From: Octopus bimaculoides
Lineage: Eukaryota
DNA length: 64,000 nt
Assembly (NCBI RefSeq): GCF_001194135.2
Contig: NC_068982.1
Location: 61,622,867 to 61,686,866, forward strand
Direction: 5' to 3'
This document shows, one piece after another, positions 49,291 through 61,730 of the stretch (its first letter is position 1; each line of letters begins with the position of its first letter). The notes under the pieces were generated by a model. The model was not told the origin of the DNA and made no database searches. It saw only the letters and a program-made list of their open reading frames with translations. Both the position numbers and the translations under genes were made by a program.

Positions 49291-49317
49291 TATTATTATT
49301 ATTATGATTATTATCAT

Positions 49318-49982
49318 TCAGGTGGCAAGCTGGCAGACTCGTTAGCATGCTAGGCAAAATACTTAGTGACATTTTGTCTGTCCTTACATTCTGAGTTCAA
49401 ATTTCACTGGGGTGACTTTGTCTTTCATTCTTTCAGGGTCAATAAAATAAGAACCAGTTGAGTACTTTGGTTGATGTAATTGACTTACACCTTATCCCAA
49501 AATTGCTGGCTTTGTGCCAAAATTTGAAATCACTGTTATTATTCTCATTATTAATAAAGTGGCAAGTTGACAATCATTAGGACATTAGACAAAAAGTATG
49601 GCAGCATTTCATATGTTTTTATATTCTGAGTTCAAATTCCACTGAAGTTGACTCTACCTTTCATCCTTTTGATGTCAATAAAACAAGTACCAGTTGATCA
49701 CTGGGGTTGATGCAGTTGACTTACCTGCTTTCCCTAAATCCCAGGCCTTGTGCCTATAGCAGAAAGGATTATTGTTATTATTAAGGTTGGCAGAATCGTT
49801 AGCACACTGGACAAAATGCTTTGTGGTATGTCCTCTGGCTTTACATTCTAAGTTCAAATTCTGACAAGGTTGACTTTGTCTTTTGTCCTTTTTGGGTTGA
49901 TAAAACCAGTTGAGCACTGGGGGTTGCTGTATTAGACCCCATTCCCAACATTTCAGGTCCAGTGCCTATAGAAGAAAGGATT
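49318..49982 (+). mobile_element. Cluster of three diverged SINE C copies separated by (ATT)n
   Basis: ~49318-49535, 49555-49765, 49785-49982, each with ttctgagttcaaatt..ctttcatcc/ttctt..gtcaataaaa.aagtaccag. Confidence 0.78.
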
Positions 49983-50429
49983 ATTATAATATGTGTGTGT
50001 GTGTAGTTTATTTAAAACTTTATCAATTAAACTGACCATATTCAGTCCAAATATTCTACCTGTTTTATGTTCAAAGTGGCCTGAGATCCAGCCTCTCACA
50101 CCTATCTTGCAATGCCATATAAAAATGAGCAATCACATCACTGACATCTTGAAGCTACAAGATAATGCATGGTCAATTCAAAAAGTGTGAATAAATAGAC
50201 ATTACATTTGACAAAGTAATCTGAATGCTAAAGGGTTAACTCAGTCTGAAATCAACAAAATCAACCTTGTCTTCTATCAACATTTCCATGCAGTCAATGC
50301 CATTGAGTCCTCTATACAAGATTTAGTTTACATAGTCATCAAAGTTATCATAACGTAAGTGTTCAGCAAAGAAGAAACTAAATTCTCAGATTGTAAATTG
50401 CAGCTTTCCACTAGTATTTGTTTGTCTTT

Positions 50430-51560
50430 TAAAGCTGCTAAAGTGGACTAAGGTGTTATGATGGAAGCAGTTGAATGCAGATCAGTGTACACCAAAAGAG
50501 ACTTTTGATGAGATGAAAGAAGTTTATGGTAATGATGCACCATCATACGACATCGTCAAGCACTGGCATTATCATTTCAAATGTGGTCAGACATCAGTGG
50601 AAACTGCTCCTGTTCCTGGATGACCACATTCCACCATTGATGATAGCACCATCCATATAATGTGAGGCTGCCATTTTAGAGGATTGCTGTATAACTATTA
50701 GGTAACTAGCCCAAGAAGTGAAGATAAGTGTAGGGTCCATGGAAAAAAATCATTCACGATCATTTGCACATGTGGAAGTTGTCTGCATGGTGGATTGCCT
50801 GGATGCTTACACCTTTTCAGAAGCAGGAATGAGTTAATTACTCTCAGGCTCTTTTGGCAATATGCCAAGAAAACAAGGAGAACTTTTTTTGTAGACATAT
50901 CACACAGGATGAAACGGTCCATCACTATGATGCTGAGATTAAAGTCCAGACAAAGCAATGGAAGCATGATAACTCACCACCTTCAAAGAAAGCTCATTTC
51001 CAACCCTCAGCAGGCAAGGTGATGCTCACAGCCTTTGGTACCAACATGGAGTAGTGATGATGGATTTTTCTGGCAAAGGGCACCACAATTAATGGGGCAT
51101 ATTATGCTTCTCTGCTGCAGAAATTGCAGGATGCCATCAAAGCAGAGACATGTCATGCTAACCAAAGAAGTCTGCTCCTCCAAGACAACGCCTCAGTTCA
51201 CAATGCACATGTTGCCCAGATGAAAGCACTCTCCTGCGGTTATGAAATCCTTCCTTGTCCTCCTTACTCTCCCACCCTTGCACCATCTGACTTGCACCTT
51301 TTTCCAACCATGAAGTCTTTTTTGAAGGGGAAGCACTTTTCAGATGGTGATGAACTTATTTCCAAGGTAAAGTCTTGGCTCCAGACATAACTTGCCAACT
51401 CCTATACAAGAGGTTTTCACAGCTGCATAATGTGATGGGAGAAGTGTGTCACCATTGGTGGTGGCTGTGTAGACAAGGACTAATAATTATACCAAGTTTT
51501 GTTTATCCTAGTCCTTGGGAAGTGGGTCAGGGGAAATCGTTAATGAAGACCCCTTGTATA
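50430..51560 (+). mobile_element. Mariner DD34D transposon remnant
   Basis: ETFDEMKEVYGNDAPSY, QDETVHHY, LLQDNASVH-x-PPYSPTLAPSD (34 residues between D2 and D3); 3' end gggtcaggggaaatcgttaatgaagaccccttgTA. Confidence 0.9.
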
Positions 51561-51679
51561 TATATGACTGAAACCTTGTCTTTTGTCACCCTCTCTAAGT
51601 ACGTCAAACTTTAGAAACTTCAATTAGTAATAATTTGAAGTTTAAAAAATAGAACATCATCACCATGCTGAAATCCAGG

Positions 51680-51733
51680 ATTGTTCCAAAATTGTTCTAT
51701 AATTGTTCCAAAATTGTTCTATAATTGTTCCAA
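51680..51733. repeat. 22-bp minisatellite (~2.5 copies)
   Basis: ttgttccaaaattgttctataa repeated. Confidence 0.85.
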
Positions 51734-52779
51734 AGACCTTTAGATCTTAGATTTAACATTCTCTCAATTGAGTTATTTCAACTTTTTTGCAGATGATCAC
51801 ATAATTTGTAGAGATATATATTTACTCTTGCTAAAAAGAGAATATTTTGTTGATATATGAAATGTATTAAATGCATTAAATAATTGGAAGAGTAAAAACT
51901 CATTCTAAATTTTAGAATAATTCCAATTTAATGGGTTTGTTGTGTTTTCATACAATTTTAAATCTTTCTTTTACATATTTAGATGTGTTCAAAATTTGTA
52001 TATTTATGTGAATGATACGATACCTTCGAATATATTAGCTTTTTGCTTGTAACTGCTCTTGGATAAGACATCAATATATTTCAAGAGAAGGGCATAATCG
52101 ACTATTTTATTGGCCCCCAGTAGGATGAAAAGCAAAATCAACAGTGATGAGATTTGAACTCAGAACATAAATGGACGTAACTAAATATGGAACATTATCA
52201 CTATGATTTTTTTAGATATCTAAAGTAGCATCAGTTTAATTATCATGTTATTGCATTTTATAAAAAAGAAATCACCATGACCTCTCAGAGAGCACCAGAT
52301 CTGGTTTGACTGAATAGATTTATTATTGTCTTGCTTTTTGTAAGATAGTAAGATATAATTTAGTTCAGCTTTGGCTGTTTTTTTGACTATTATTTCTCAC
52401 TGGTTGACTGACTGTACAAAAGCTTCCTTGTTGGCTTTTGTTGGGAATGTTTGTTGCAGTATGTAGTTAATTCATGTTTAAAACATTGTTCCCTCTAAAT
52501 CAATGTCCAAACAAAAATGTTAAAAAGAAACTGAAAAATTAAGTTAAATACTAAAAGAGAAATGCTTGTTGTGTATTGTCTTCTATTGTTTTATAATTTT
52601 GTTGTTTCACTTTAGTACCAGTGCACTCTGATTTTGTAAAGGGACAGTATAGATGTTGTTAGTTGAATATTTGGGAATCATCAACATTTTTTGAAAACTG
52701 TGACCTGCTTCAGTTTGATGTGACATGCTTCAGTCTGCTCTGGTATTATATTTCTAAGGTTCTGTTATGTAGTTTTTTT

Positions 52780-53360
52780 TATGGTGTTTAGACTCAGGTC
52801 AGTCTTGATCAAACAAACATTTTCTGACCACCATGACCACCTCATCTAGCCATGACCACCTCATCTAGCCATGACTACCTCATCTTTTATTCTGACAATG
52901 TATTTCAGATTACATAGTCAAATATGTCCCTTTTTAAGGCAGTAGAATGTGATTTGAAGGAGATTTGGTTGTCTTCTCTAGCAAGTTGAGAGACTGTGTA
53001 AGACTTGTTCTTTGCCTTGTGTGAAGTGCAATATAACAATTAAGTCTGTTTTGCTGTGTGGCTTGTTTCAGCACAGTCAAGGTTTTAGATGGTAATTTTA
53101 GATGGTTTTTTAGTCAAGAAAAGTAGATTCTTTTGGCACCCTTAAGTTTTGAGAGCAACCCAGCATCTAGTTGTAATTCAGTCCTAAATCAGCCCTGGTT
53201 AAGCCAAACTATGACAAGACATTCCACGCATGACCATCCTTCCTTTATGCATAGTGTATTTGGGACTACATTATAAAATGCCATTTTTTTTGTAGATGGT
53301 AGAGTGTAGTTTGAGGGAGATTTAGCCATTATTTCTAGTAGTTTCAGCAACTGTGTAGAG
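52780..53360 (+). repeat. Unclassified ~200-bp interspersed family (copies ~52780-53010, 53170-53360, 56960-57160, 62950-63110); 19-bp triplication at 52830-52886
   Basis: Shared cattcc..catgacca.c.. and gagg(g)agatttggctgctatttct; ccatgaccacctcatctag x3. Confidence 0.55.
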
Positions 53361-53408
53361 GCTCTCACATTATCTATCCAGGTCAAAGTTTTTTTTGTTA
53401 TCCTTTTA

Positions 53409-54290
53409 TGAGTAGGTATCAAAAAGTTCCCTGACTAGTTCTGTAGCATGTCAACAGATGGAAGCACATGGTCGTGTGTGCAGTGAGAGCTAGCAGTAGC
53501 CTTCATGATGTCAGTGTGGTGAGTGTCATCACTGTGTTTACTTCACAAGTTGTGAAATTTGTTTTTGTGATCATGTGTATGCTGTAGACTGCAATTTTGT
53601 CATGAACAGGAACAAAGTGCCAACGTAATATTTTGTGTTAAACTTGGGAAATCTGCTAGAGAGACATTGAGCATACTTTGCCAAGCTTATAGCAACGAGG
53701 CAAGGGGTTTTACATAATGTTTTGAGTGGCATGGGCACTTCAAAAGTGGAAGAATGTCTCTGGAAGATGATGAGGGATCTGGAAGGCCTGTCACAAATGT
53801 CACTCCTGGAAATGTGGTATTGTGCATCATGAATTTGTCCTCCAGGGCCAGACTGTCAATTGAGAGTGCTACTGCAATGTTTTGAAGCATTTGAGGGAGG
53901 ACATTTCGCAAAAGCAATCAGATCTGTGGAGTGCAAAGAATTGTATTCATCATGATCACAATGCTCCCTGTCACCAAGCTCTCCTCACTTTTATCTTACC
54001 AAAGACAACATGGTATTGCTTCCACCCTATTCGCCAGAGTTAGCACCTGCGGACTTTCATCTCTACCCAAAGATGAAAATACAGCTCAAAGTTCGCTGTT
54101 TTAACACTTGTTGAGATTCAGAGTGAATCGCAGAATGTCCTTGACTCACTTTCGGAAAATGACTTTCAGGCCAGATTCAAAAAGTGACAGGAATGCTGGG
54201 ATAGATGAGTTACTGCTATTTTGAAGAAGATGATGTTAAAATTTAGTTAAATTAGTCATTTTTTTTATTAAACCTTTTGATACCACCTCG
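53409..54290 (+). mobile_element. Internally deleted mariner with both TIRs and TA TSD
   Basis: TA|tgagtaggtatcaaaaagtt ... aaccttttgataccacctcg|TA; FCVKLGKSA, EWHGHFKSGR, HHDHNAPCH, PPYSPELAPADF. Confidence 0.88.
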
Positions 54291-54502
54291 TATTTTTCTG
54301 ATTTCAGTCTTTTGTAGAGATGCCTGGGCACTGCCTTCAAGTGTTTTAATCAATTATATCAACCCCACTACTTTGGCACTTATTTTACTGGCCTTGGAAG
54401 GACGAAAAGAAAAGTTAATGTAGGTAGGATTTCAACTCTGAATATGAAGCAACTAAACCAAATACAAAATATTTTGTCTGATGTTCTACATATATGTACA
54501 TA

Positions 54503-55849
54503 CAGGGTGGGTCAGAGAGAACGTACGTTTTTGAAAAATTCTCAGAATCATTAATTTTAGCTACAGACAAATTTTATTGATATTAATGTGTTTATATTGA
54601 ATTAGCATTTGTCAAAATCAAGTGTGAAAAACAATATTCATCATGTGGTGTCCATTTTTATTGATGCATTTCTGAAGGCGTTCTTGGGAGTTGGCTTCCA
54701 CTCTCTCCAGCAATGCTCAGTCGATTTGGGCAACTTCCATGCGAATAGCTTCCTTCAAATCATCCAATGCATGGGGATTATGTGCATACACACGTGCCTT
54801 GAGGTTTCCCCACAAGAAATAAATTAGGAGACCAATGGATCCAAGGACAAATTAGGGGATTGAGGGGCCCAAGGAATGTCAGCAAATCTGGAAATGAGGC
54901 AGTTACCTAAGAGAGGGCAAAGAATGTCCATTGATGCTCTAGCTGTGTGGGCTGTCAGCCCATTCTGCTGAAACCACACATGTCGAATAGGAATACATTT
55001 TCATCGTAAATCAGACAAATAAAAGATGTTTATCATCTTGATGTAACGCTTGGAGCTCACAGTAACAACATTTCTATTATTATCTTCAAAAAAGTAAGGA
55101 CCAATGATGGTAGCTTTTCCAGCAGCACACCAAGTCATCACTTTTGGGTTGTGCAGTAGTCTTTTGTGTAGTTCTCTTGGATTTTCAAGATCCCAATAAC
55201 GACATTTCTGTTGATTCACAATGCCATTGAGATGAAAATGAGCTTCAACACTCCTTAACAAAATGAGGTTGTCAATTCGAAAATTGCTTCCATCTGACAT
55301 GCGAAGTTAATCTGCTGTGCATAGTCCCATGGTTTCAACTGTTGCCCAATGACCAATTTGTACAGATGGAAATGCAGGGCTTCATGCAAAATATGCCTTA
55401 CCGATCGATTACCAACGCCAAGTTCAGTGGAATGCCTCCAAGCAGAATGATTTAGACTCCATATCAAAGCTTGTCTGATGCATTTTACATTTTCCAGGGT
55501 CTGTAGCATTTGTGGCTCCCCCATTAGTTTCGTATTCATTAGTGTACCTCGTGTACGAAGTCCATTCACCCAAAGTAAGATTGTGTAACAGGTGAGAACA
55601 GCCTTATTTCATGAATATTGAAGTGGTACTGTAACTCATGCTGAACTACTGTGACAGACTTGTTATTCTTCATGCAACTGTCATAGGCAAAAACATGATA
55701 CTCTATCATGAACAGAGCCATGGCTTTATCTAAAACATAAAAAATGCTAAGACAACACGGACCAAATGGTACCTGTAGGACATATGTCTCTCCCACTGGA
55801 GCTAAGTAATAGTCATTTCAAAAGCATCCGTCCTCTCTGCCCCACCCTG
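54503..55849 (-). mobile_element. Full-span Tc1/mariner element of DD41D (rosa-like) type, defective transposase
   Basis: TIRs TA|cagggtgggtcagagagaacg / tccgtcctctctgccccaccctg|TA; EAHFHLNG.VN.Q.CRYW..ENP, IIGPYFFE, WFQQNG.TAHTA, W.PQSPNL, FLWGNLK. Confidence 0.85.
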
Positions 55850-55869
55850 TATATCCTTCAGACAGGTTT

Positions 55870-56232
55870 CCATACATTTGTCTTCAAACTTTTACACACA
55901 AGGCTTTGAGGTATAGGTTTAATCTGATGCTATATTTACCAAAGGTGCCACAGTGAGAGTTCAAACCTGGCATTAAGGAACAGAGAGCAAACTCCCTAAT
56001 CATGTGGCTATTTACATATTTCTGCAAGCTGAATGGCAAACTCAGTAGTGCTGAGGGCTTGAAGAAAGCACCTAGTTCACATTGTAAAGTGGTTGACATT
56101 AGGAAGGGCTGCAAAATTATTCCCAGAGCAGACACTAGAGTATGATGCAGTTCTTGGACCCATCAGATCCTATCAAACTGTCCAACCCATGCCAGCATGG
56201 GACATGGACATTAAATGATGATGATGATGATT
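55870..56232. mobile_element. SINE A head fragment (-) adjoining an RTE tail (+)
   Basis: 55870-56010 is the reverse complement of the A head; 56150-56232 ccaacccatgccagcatgg..attaaatgatgatg. Confidence 0.65.
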
Positions 56233-56594
56233 CATTTTTTGTGGTAACTGATTTTTAAGAATTTAAAACATAGAATGTTAACACCAGCTGATATGGTAAT
56301 TTTATATCATTTTATATTATTACAATAGAAACGATGCTATTTGGTATGTGGAAGTGAATAGATAATAATATTTTTAAAGCAGACTGTTTGCTTTTACTTC
56401 TTCTTTTGAAATTTGACAATGATGGAGAAATCACGTGGTAGATACTAGAGCTTAATTAGTTTAGTTTAAATTAATTGCATGGTATTTGGAGCATTCTATC
56501 AAATTTCATTTTCTTAATCAACAATGTTGTTATTGAATAGCCAGCCCTGTATCATGTCATGTCAGTAGTATTGTTAAAGTGAGCTAAACTAATG

Positions 56595-56647
<53 letters not shown>

Positions 56648-58311
56648 GTGCATATATATATAATGTACATTTATATATATTTATATATGTATATATACAT
56701 ACATATGTAATATATATATACACATGTACACACACACATGCATATATATATATTTATATAATTATAAAGATCTAATTTTAGTGAAAGATAATGTGATTGC
56801 TATAACTTATTCAAAAGCTTCATTGTTTGTTTTTAGACACTAAACTACAGATGTTCAAATTGAAAATTAACCACATCAATTTCTCTAGCCTGGGTGGACC
56901 TGGGTGGGGTCATGAACACAACCTCTCTGCTTCTGACTATTTTATTACAACTAAAGAAAACTCCTTGTCAAACCTGATTGAACAAACTGATAATCAGACA
57001 TTCCAGTCATGACCACCTCCATTTCACTTTAGATATTACTGTATTTAGGATTACATTATCTAATCTGTCCTATCTAATATGATAAGGTCTGATTTTAGAG
57101 GAATTTGGCTGCTATTTCTAACTGATAGTAAATCTGCACTGAAGTACCTTTGTTGACCAGTTCAAGTTTAGTTGAGTAGGGCTTGGTCAGGCTGCTAGTC
57201 AATGAAGGATTCTTTAGTCATACACTGCTTACAACCAGGAAGCTCAATGTACCTTTGTTAACCATGTATGAGTCAATGAGAGAGAAGTGATTTGAACAAG
57301 GACTGAACACGGTGTTAATGATATGACTTTCAACCAGTTGTTATCTACTCATTTGACTCAGATAAGTTGCAAATCTGAATACATAATTTAATCTTCCTCC
57401 TTCTCCTCTATCATTCTCATTACTACTGCCACCACTGTCATCATCATCATCATCTTTAATATCCATTCTGCTATGCTGGCATGGGTTTGATAGGTCATCA
57501 CGGTCTGCATTATCTTGTACATAAAGCAACAGAGAAAAATAACCAATAGTGTGAGTTGGGAATCTTATTGTGCCACTGGGGCTGACACTTGAAAAGTTGT
57601 CCAATATGGGAAAAACTAAAGAGTGTAACCTGTGATGTGTTATGTGATGTGTCATACACAACTCACTCTTTACTCATACTTTCTGTTCTGGCATATTTCC
57701 TACAGATAAGTGTCCTTCCCATTACCAGCCACTTTACAGAGTGCACTGGGTGCATTCTGTTCTGCTGCCAGCACTAGCGCAGTTGTTCTATATGAGCAAA
57801 ACTAAAGATTATCTGCTATCCTATCTAATTTCTTATTCTGATTTACTGCTCTTCTAGAAGGGTAGCTTGCAATGCAGCCTGCGGAAGTTGCATCTCACTT
57901 GTACATAATGAGAATACATATATTTTTGCTATCCCCACTGCAGCCATTGATATTCTTTCATCTAATTTCTAACATTAAATACTAATAATAAATAACAACT
58001 CTGATTCTAGCCTTTTACCTAGCTTACTAAATACTAAACGGGTTAATTTGATTTCCAGATGGATATGATGTGTGTGTATGTGTGTGTGTTTTTTTCTATC
58101 TTGCTTGTTTCTCAGCTGATGTCTTTTAAATAATATTTCCAATATATATATATATATANNNNNNNNNNNNNNNNNNNNNNNNNNNNNNNNNNNNNNNNNN
58201 NNNNNNNNNNNNNNNNNNNNNNNNNNNNNNNNNNNNNNNNNNNNNNNNNNNNNNNNNNNNNNNNNNNNNNNNNNNNNNNNNNNNNNNNNNNNNNNNNNNN
58301 NNNNNNNNNNN

Positions 58312-58731
58312 AAAATATATAAAAAAATAAATATACCAATACATTATATTGTCTTTGAGTTTTTAAAGTTCAATGGTAATCCATGTAGATAATTGTTAGA
58401 TAGTTTAGGATGCATGAAATTAAGAATCCTGCTGTGTTTAAAAAAGGCTTTGAGTTTGTGTTAAACAGGAAGTGTGTGTAAGGGAAGACAATTCTGTGGG
58501 TTCTATACTCGTTAGTTAGAGTTCTGGACTCTTTGTCAACAGGAAGTTTATGTCTTCCCTTACACACACTTCCTGTTTAACACATAAACGCTCAGCCTTT
58601 TTTAAACACAACACGATTCTTAATTCCATGCATCCTAATCTATCTAACAATTATCTACATGGATTACCATTGAACTTTAAAAATTCAAAGACAATATAAT
58701 CTATTGGTATATTTATTTTTTAATATATTTT
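58312..58731. mobile_element. Foldback/MITE with ~180-bp inverted arms and a 60-bp spacer
   Basis: 58312-58490 is the reverse complement of 58551-58731 at high identity; left end lost in the gap. Confidence 0.9.
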
Positions 58732-58935
58732 TGTAAAAAGCATTATTTTCATTTCCCCTCTTCTTGAAAATGTGCCATGCAATGAAAGCCGGTTAGAAAT
58801 CCTTTTTAATCCTCCTTATGCACATCTATATTAAAATATACTCTCAGTTTAGCATTCTGCCTTATTATTATTATTTTTTATTTTCCTATTATTTCTCCAC
58901 GTGCGGTTAACACAACTCCACCATTTACTGACTTA

Positions 58936-58964
<29 letters not shown>

Positions 58965-58976
<12 letters not shown>

Positions 58977-59900
58977 GTTCTCAGCATAGCTACTAAGTGT
59001 AATTGTCTGTGTAACTGATGGCATATCTGAAAGAGACACCATAAACAGCAGCAGCTCCAGGACAGTTCCATGAGGCACTTGCTATCACTGTCTTCTTGGA
59101 GAGGGTTCCATTGGCTGCCACAGCCTGGCTTCTGTCTTTTAAGAACTCATGTAACCATTCTCCCAGTTTTCTGACTATGAGGTGGTCTTGAGTTTTGGTA
59201 CGTGTTTCACAAACTCAACGTCTAATGGAGCCAGGTCAGCTGCCTCACAATCCTCTGTGCCATATGTAAAAAAAAAATTAATGTTTAACAGTTGCTGTTT
59301 GCACTGCATCTACATATTTTTTCCTCTTAGAAGCAGTGTGTGCACCATCCACATATTTCCAAGGTGGAGGCATTATGTTTTGCGAACTGGGCTTGTGTCC
59401 TTGTTGATCCTTGTGGAGTTGTTTGTCTCCTTGGAGACAGTTCTCTCTGGCCTTAGGGTGAACGAAATGAATACCACTCACATGGGACTTGGGATAAGCA
59501 AATCTACAACCTGTCCCAATGTCTCCATGCCAGCAGGTACCCTTTGTATAGAACTTACAGACTGTTTGGGCTTTTTTTTTTAAATTCCAGAGCCATTGTC
59601 TTTGTAGCTTCTACTTCTTGTTTTTGCACTTGGCCTTTGATCATCCTCAACTTGCTAGCTTGTTTGTGCCTTTATCTTCATCTTTGGCTTCTGTTTTTCT
59701 TGGTGGACCTTTGCTTTGCTGCTGTTCTTCTCTGTGGGCTCACAATTGTCCAGGGTGGTGATGTCTGTTTTGTTGTGTTCATCTCTCACAGCATCACCCT
59801 GACCCTTCCCAGATTCCGTTGAACCACTGGTTTCTTTTTCAGCTCCTGTCTTCGTCTCTCTTTGAAAATGTTATGTAGTAGCTCTACGTGTGGTTTACTC
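58965..59900 (-). mobile_element. LINE remnant: ORF1-like segment joined by deletion to an RT segment
   Basis: GTGCRFAYPK and HFVHPK (Cys/His finger-like); LGEWLHEFLKDRSQAVAANG, PHGTVL.LLLF, LSSYAENT (decayed YADD). Confidence 0.65.
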
Positions 59901-60079
59901 AGTTTGAGCCATAGTTTAGTGAAAACCAAAACTCTTAAGGGTCTCTTCAATCAGAGTGGTTTTTAGTGATTCCCTGGCCGAGTTCCATGCAAGGAGAATT
60001 GTTTTTATTTCTTCAAACTACTGGTTTCTGTGTATTTTAAAGTTAATACTGTCTTTGGTGTAGTAGCTTTGCTGAGGTC

Positions 60080-60480
60080 CATGCTACTGAGATAATGAGA
60101 AAGAGAGGGCAGGAGGAAGTAGAAATAGATATGCAGAGTAAAAGTAATCAATGAGAGGAGAGACAGAGAAATGCAAATATAGATGAGACTGAGAGAGAAA
60201 AATGAGGATAAGAGAGAGGGATGTGTAGGTAATTAGGAAAGGCAGAGAGAAAATGAGAGGAAAAGCTGAGCAAAACAGGAGACAATAAGAGAGAGGGGGT
60301 AAGCAGAGAGAGAAGGAGAGGGGAAAGAGTAGGCAGGGAGAGGATGAGGGGAAACAAAATATATGAATGAAGAGGTGCAAATAAAGAGGGTAATATTAGG
60401 AGATAAGAAAGAGTGAGATGGGTAGAGAGAGACAGAGCAATATAATGTAGAGATAAAGATACACTTGGAGACAGCAGCAA
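60080..60480. repeat. GA-rich low-complexity tract
   Basis: Purine-rich strand; source of the spurious Leu/Ser/Phe-rich ORFs. Confidence 0.85.
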
Positions 60481-60498
60481 AGCTCAATCCAACATACA

Positions 60499-61245
60499 AT
60501 ATGTGATAGTAAAATAAAATTGAAATTATCGGCAGGAAAAAAGAGAATAATAATAAACTTTTGTTTCTCTTACTTTTGTTTGGTCAGATTAAAACAAAAT
60601 AAAATGAAATTTGTCACTCTTGAAAGTATTACTTACCTAGCTTTTTAACCCATTTTCCTAAAAGTTGTGAGGGAAAAACTCTCCCCACCTCCCTATTGTT
60701 TTCATGCATTTTTGTTTTCGTATTCGTTTCCTACACATTTTTTTACACCCGTTGCACTATTTCTTTTTTGATTTTGTTTCTGGGTAATATTGTAAGCATT
60801 AACCTTTTTCTTTTTTTCGATGAATGAATTACAGTGACCAAATATGCCACAATCTGTAATCTGGGATTAATATATCCAGTGATATATCAGGTGTATGTAA
60901 AAGATGGTTAATGTTTACAATTTCACCTGGAAATGAAATATAAAAAATAAAAAAAATAGTGCAACGGGTGTAAAAAAATGTGTAAGAAATAAATATGAAA
61001 ACAAAAATGCACAGAAAGCAATGGGGAGGTGGGGAGAGGACTTTGGAAAATTCACAAGATTCGAGTTTTTTCCTCATAACTTTTAGGAAAATGGGTTAAA
61101 AAGCTAGGGAAGTAATACTTTTAAGAGTGACAAATTTCATTTTATTTTGTTTTAATCTGACCAATCAAAAGTAAGAGAATCAAAAGTTTATTATTATTCT
61201 CTCTTTTCCTGCTGATAATTTCAATTTTATTTTATCATCACATAT
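60499..61245. mobile_element. Foldback/MITE with ~270-bp inverted arms
   Basis: atatgtgatagtaaaataaaattg... (60499-~60765) versus ...caattttattttatcatcacatat (~60955-61245). Confidence 0.9.
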
Positions 61246-61394
61246 CATGTGTAGGACTGAGCTTTGCCACTGTCTTTATCTCTCTTGCTCTCTCCCTCTG
61301 ACTGTGCTAACCATGTATTTTCTCTACAGCAACACACCTGTTTCTCTCCCTCTGTCACACTCTAACCTCTCACCACCTGGTACAAGGCCACCTC

Positions 61395-61730
61395 TTCCAA
61401 TACCCTTCCCCTCAAAGGATCTTTGTCTTGCAAGTTACTTGGTGACCCCACCAGTGCTGGTGCATCCAGTCCACACTGTAAAGTGGTTGGTATTTTGAAG
61501 GGTATCCAAGTGGAAAAACCATGTCAAAACAGGCCTCGCCAGTGCTGGTGCCATGTAAAAAGCACTCAGTTCACTCTGTAAAGTGGTTGGTGTTAGGAAA
61601 GGCATCCAGCAGCAAAAACCCTACCAAAAATGACAGTGAAACCTGGTGTAGTCTTCTGCTTAACTAGCCCCTGTCAAACTGTCTAACCCATGCCAGTATC
61701 GAAAATGGATGCTAAATGACGATGATGATG
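61395..61730 (+). mobile_element. Diverged RTE-type 3' UTR/tail with internal duplication
   Basis: cactgtaaagtggttgg.. occurs twice; ends ctaacccatgccagtatcgaaaatggatgctaaatgacgatgatg. Confidence 0.7.

Noticed and set aside
60084-60499. Overlapping hydrophobic ORFs resembling membrane proteins
   Set aside because: Translations of CT/GA low-complexity DNA; the same applies to ORFs at 26908-27300, 37657-37934 and other microsatellite-derived ORFs
60645-61100. TTAA-CCC...GGG-TTAA inside the foldback suggesting a piggyBac MITE
   Set aside because: Sequence outside the TTAA sites is still inverted rather than unrelated, so these sites are just part of the long arms
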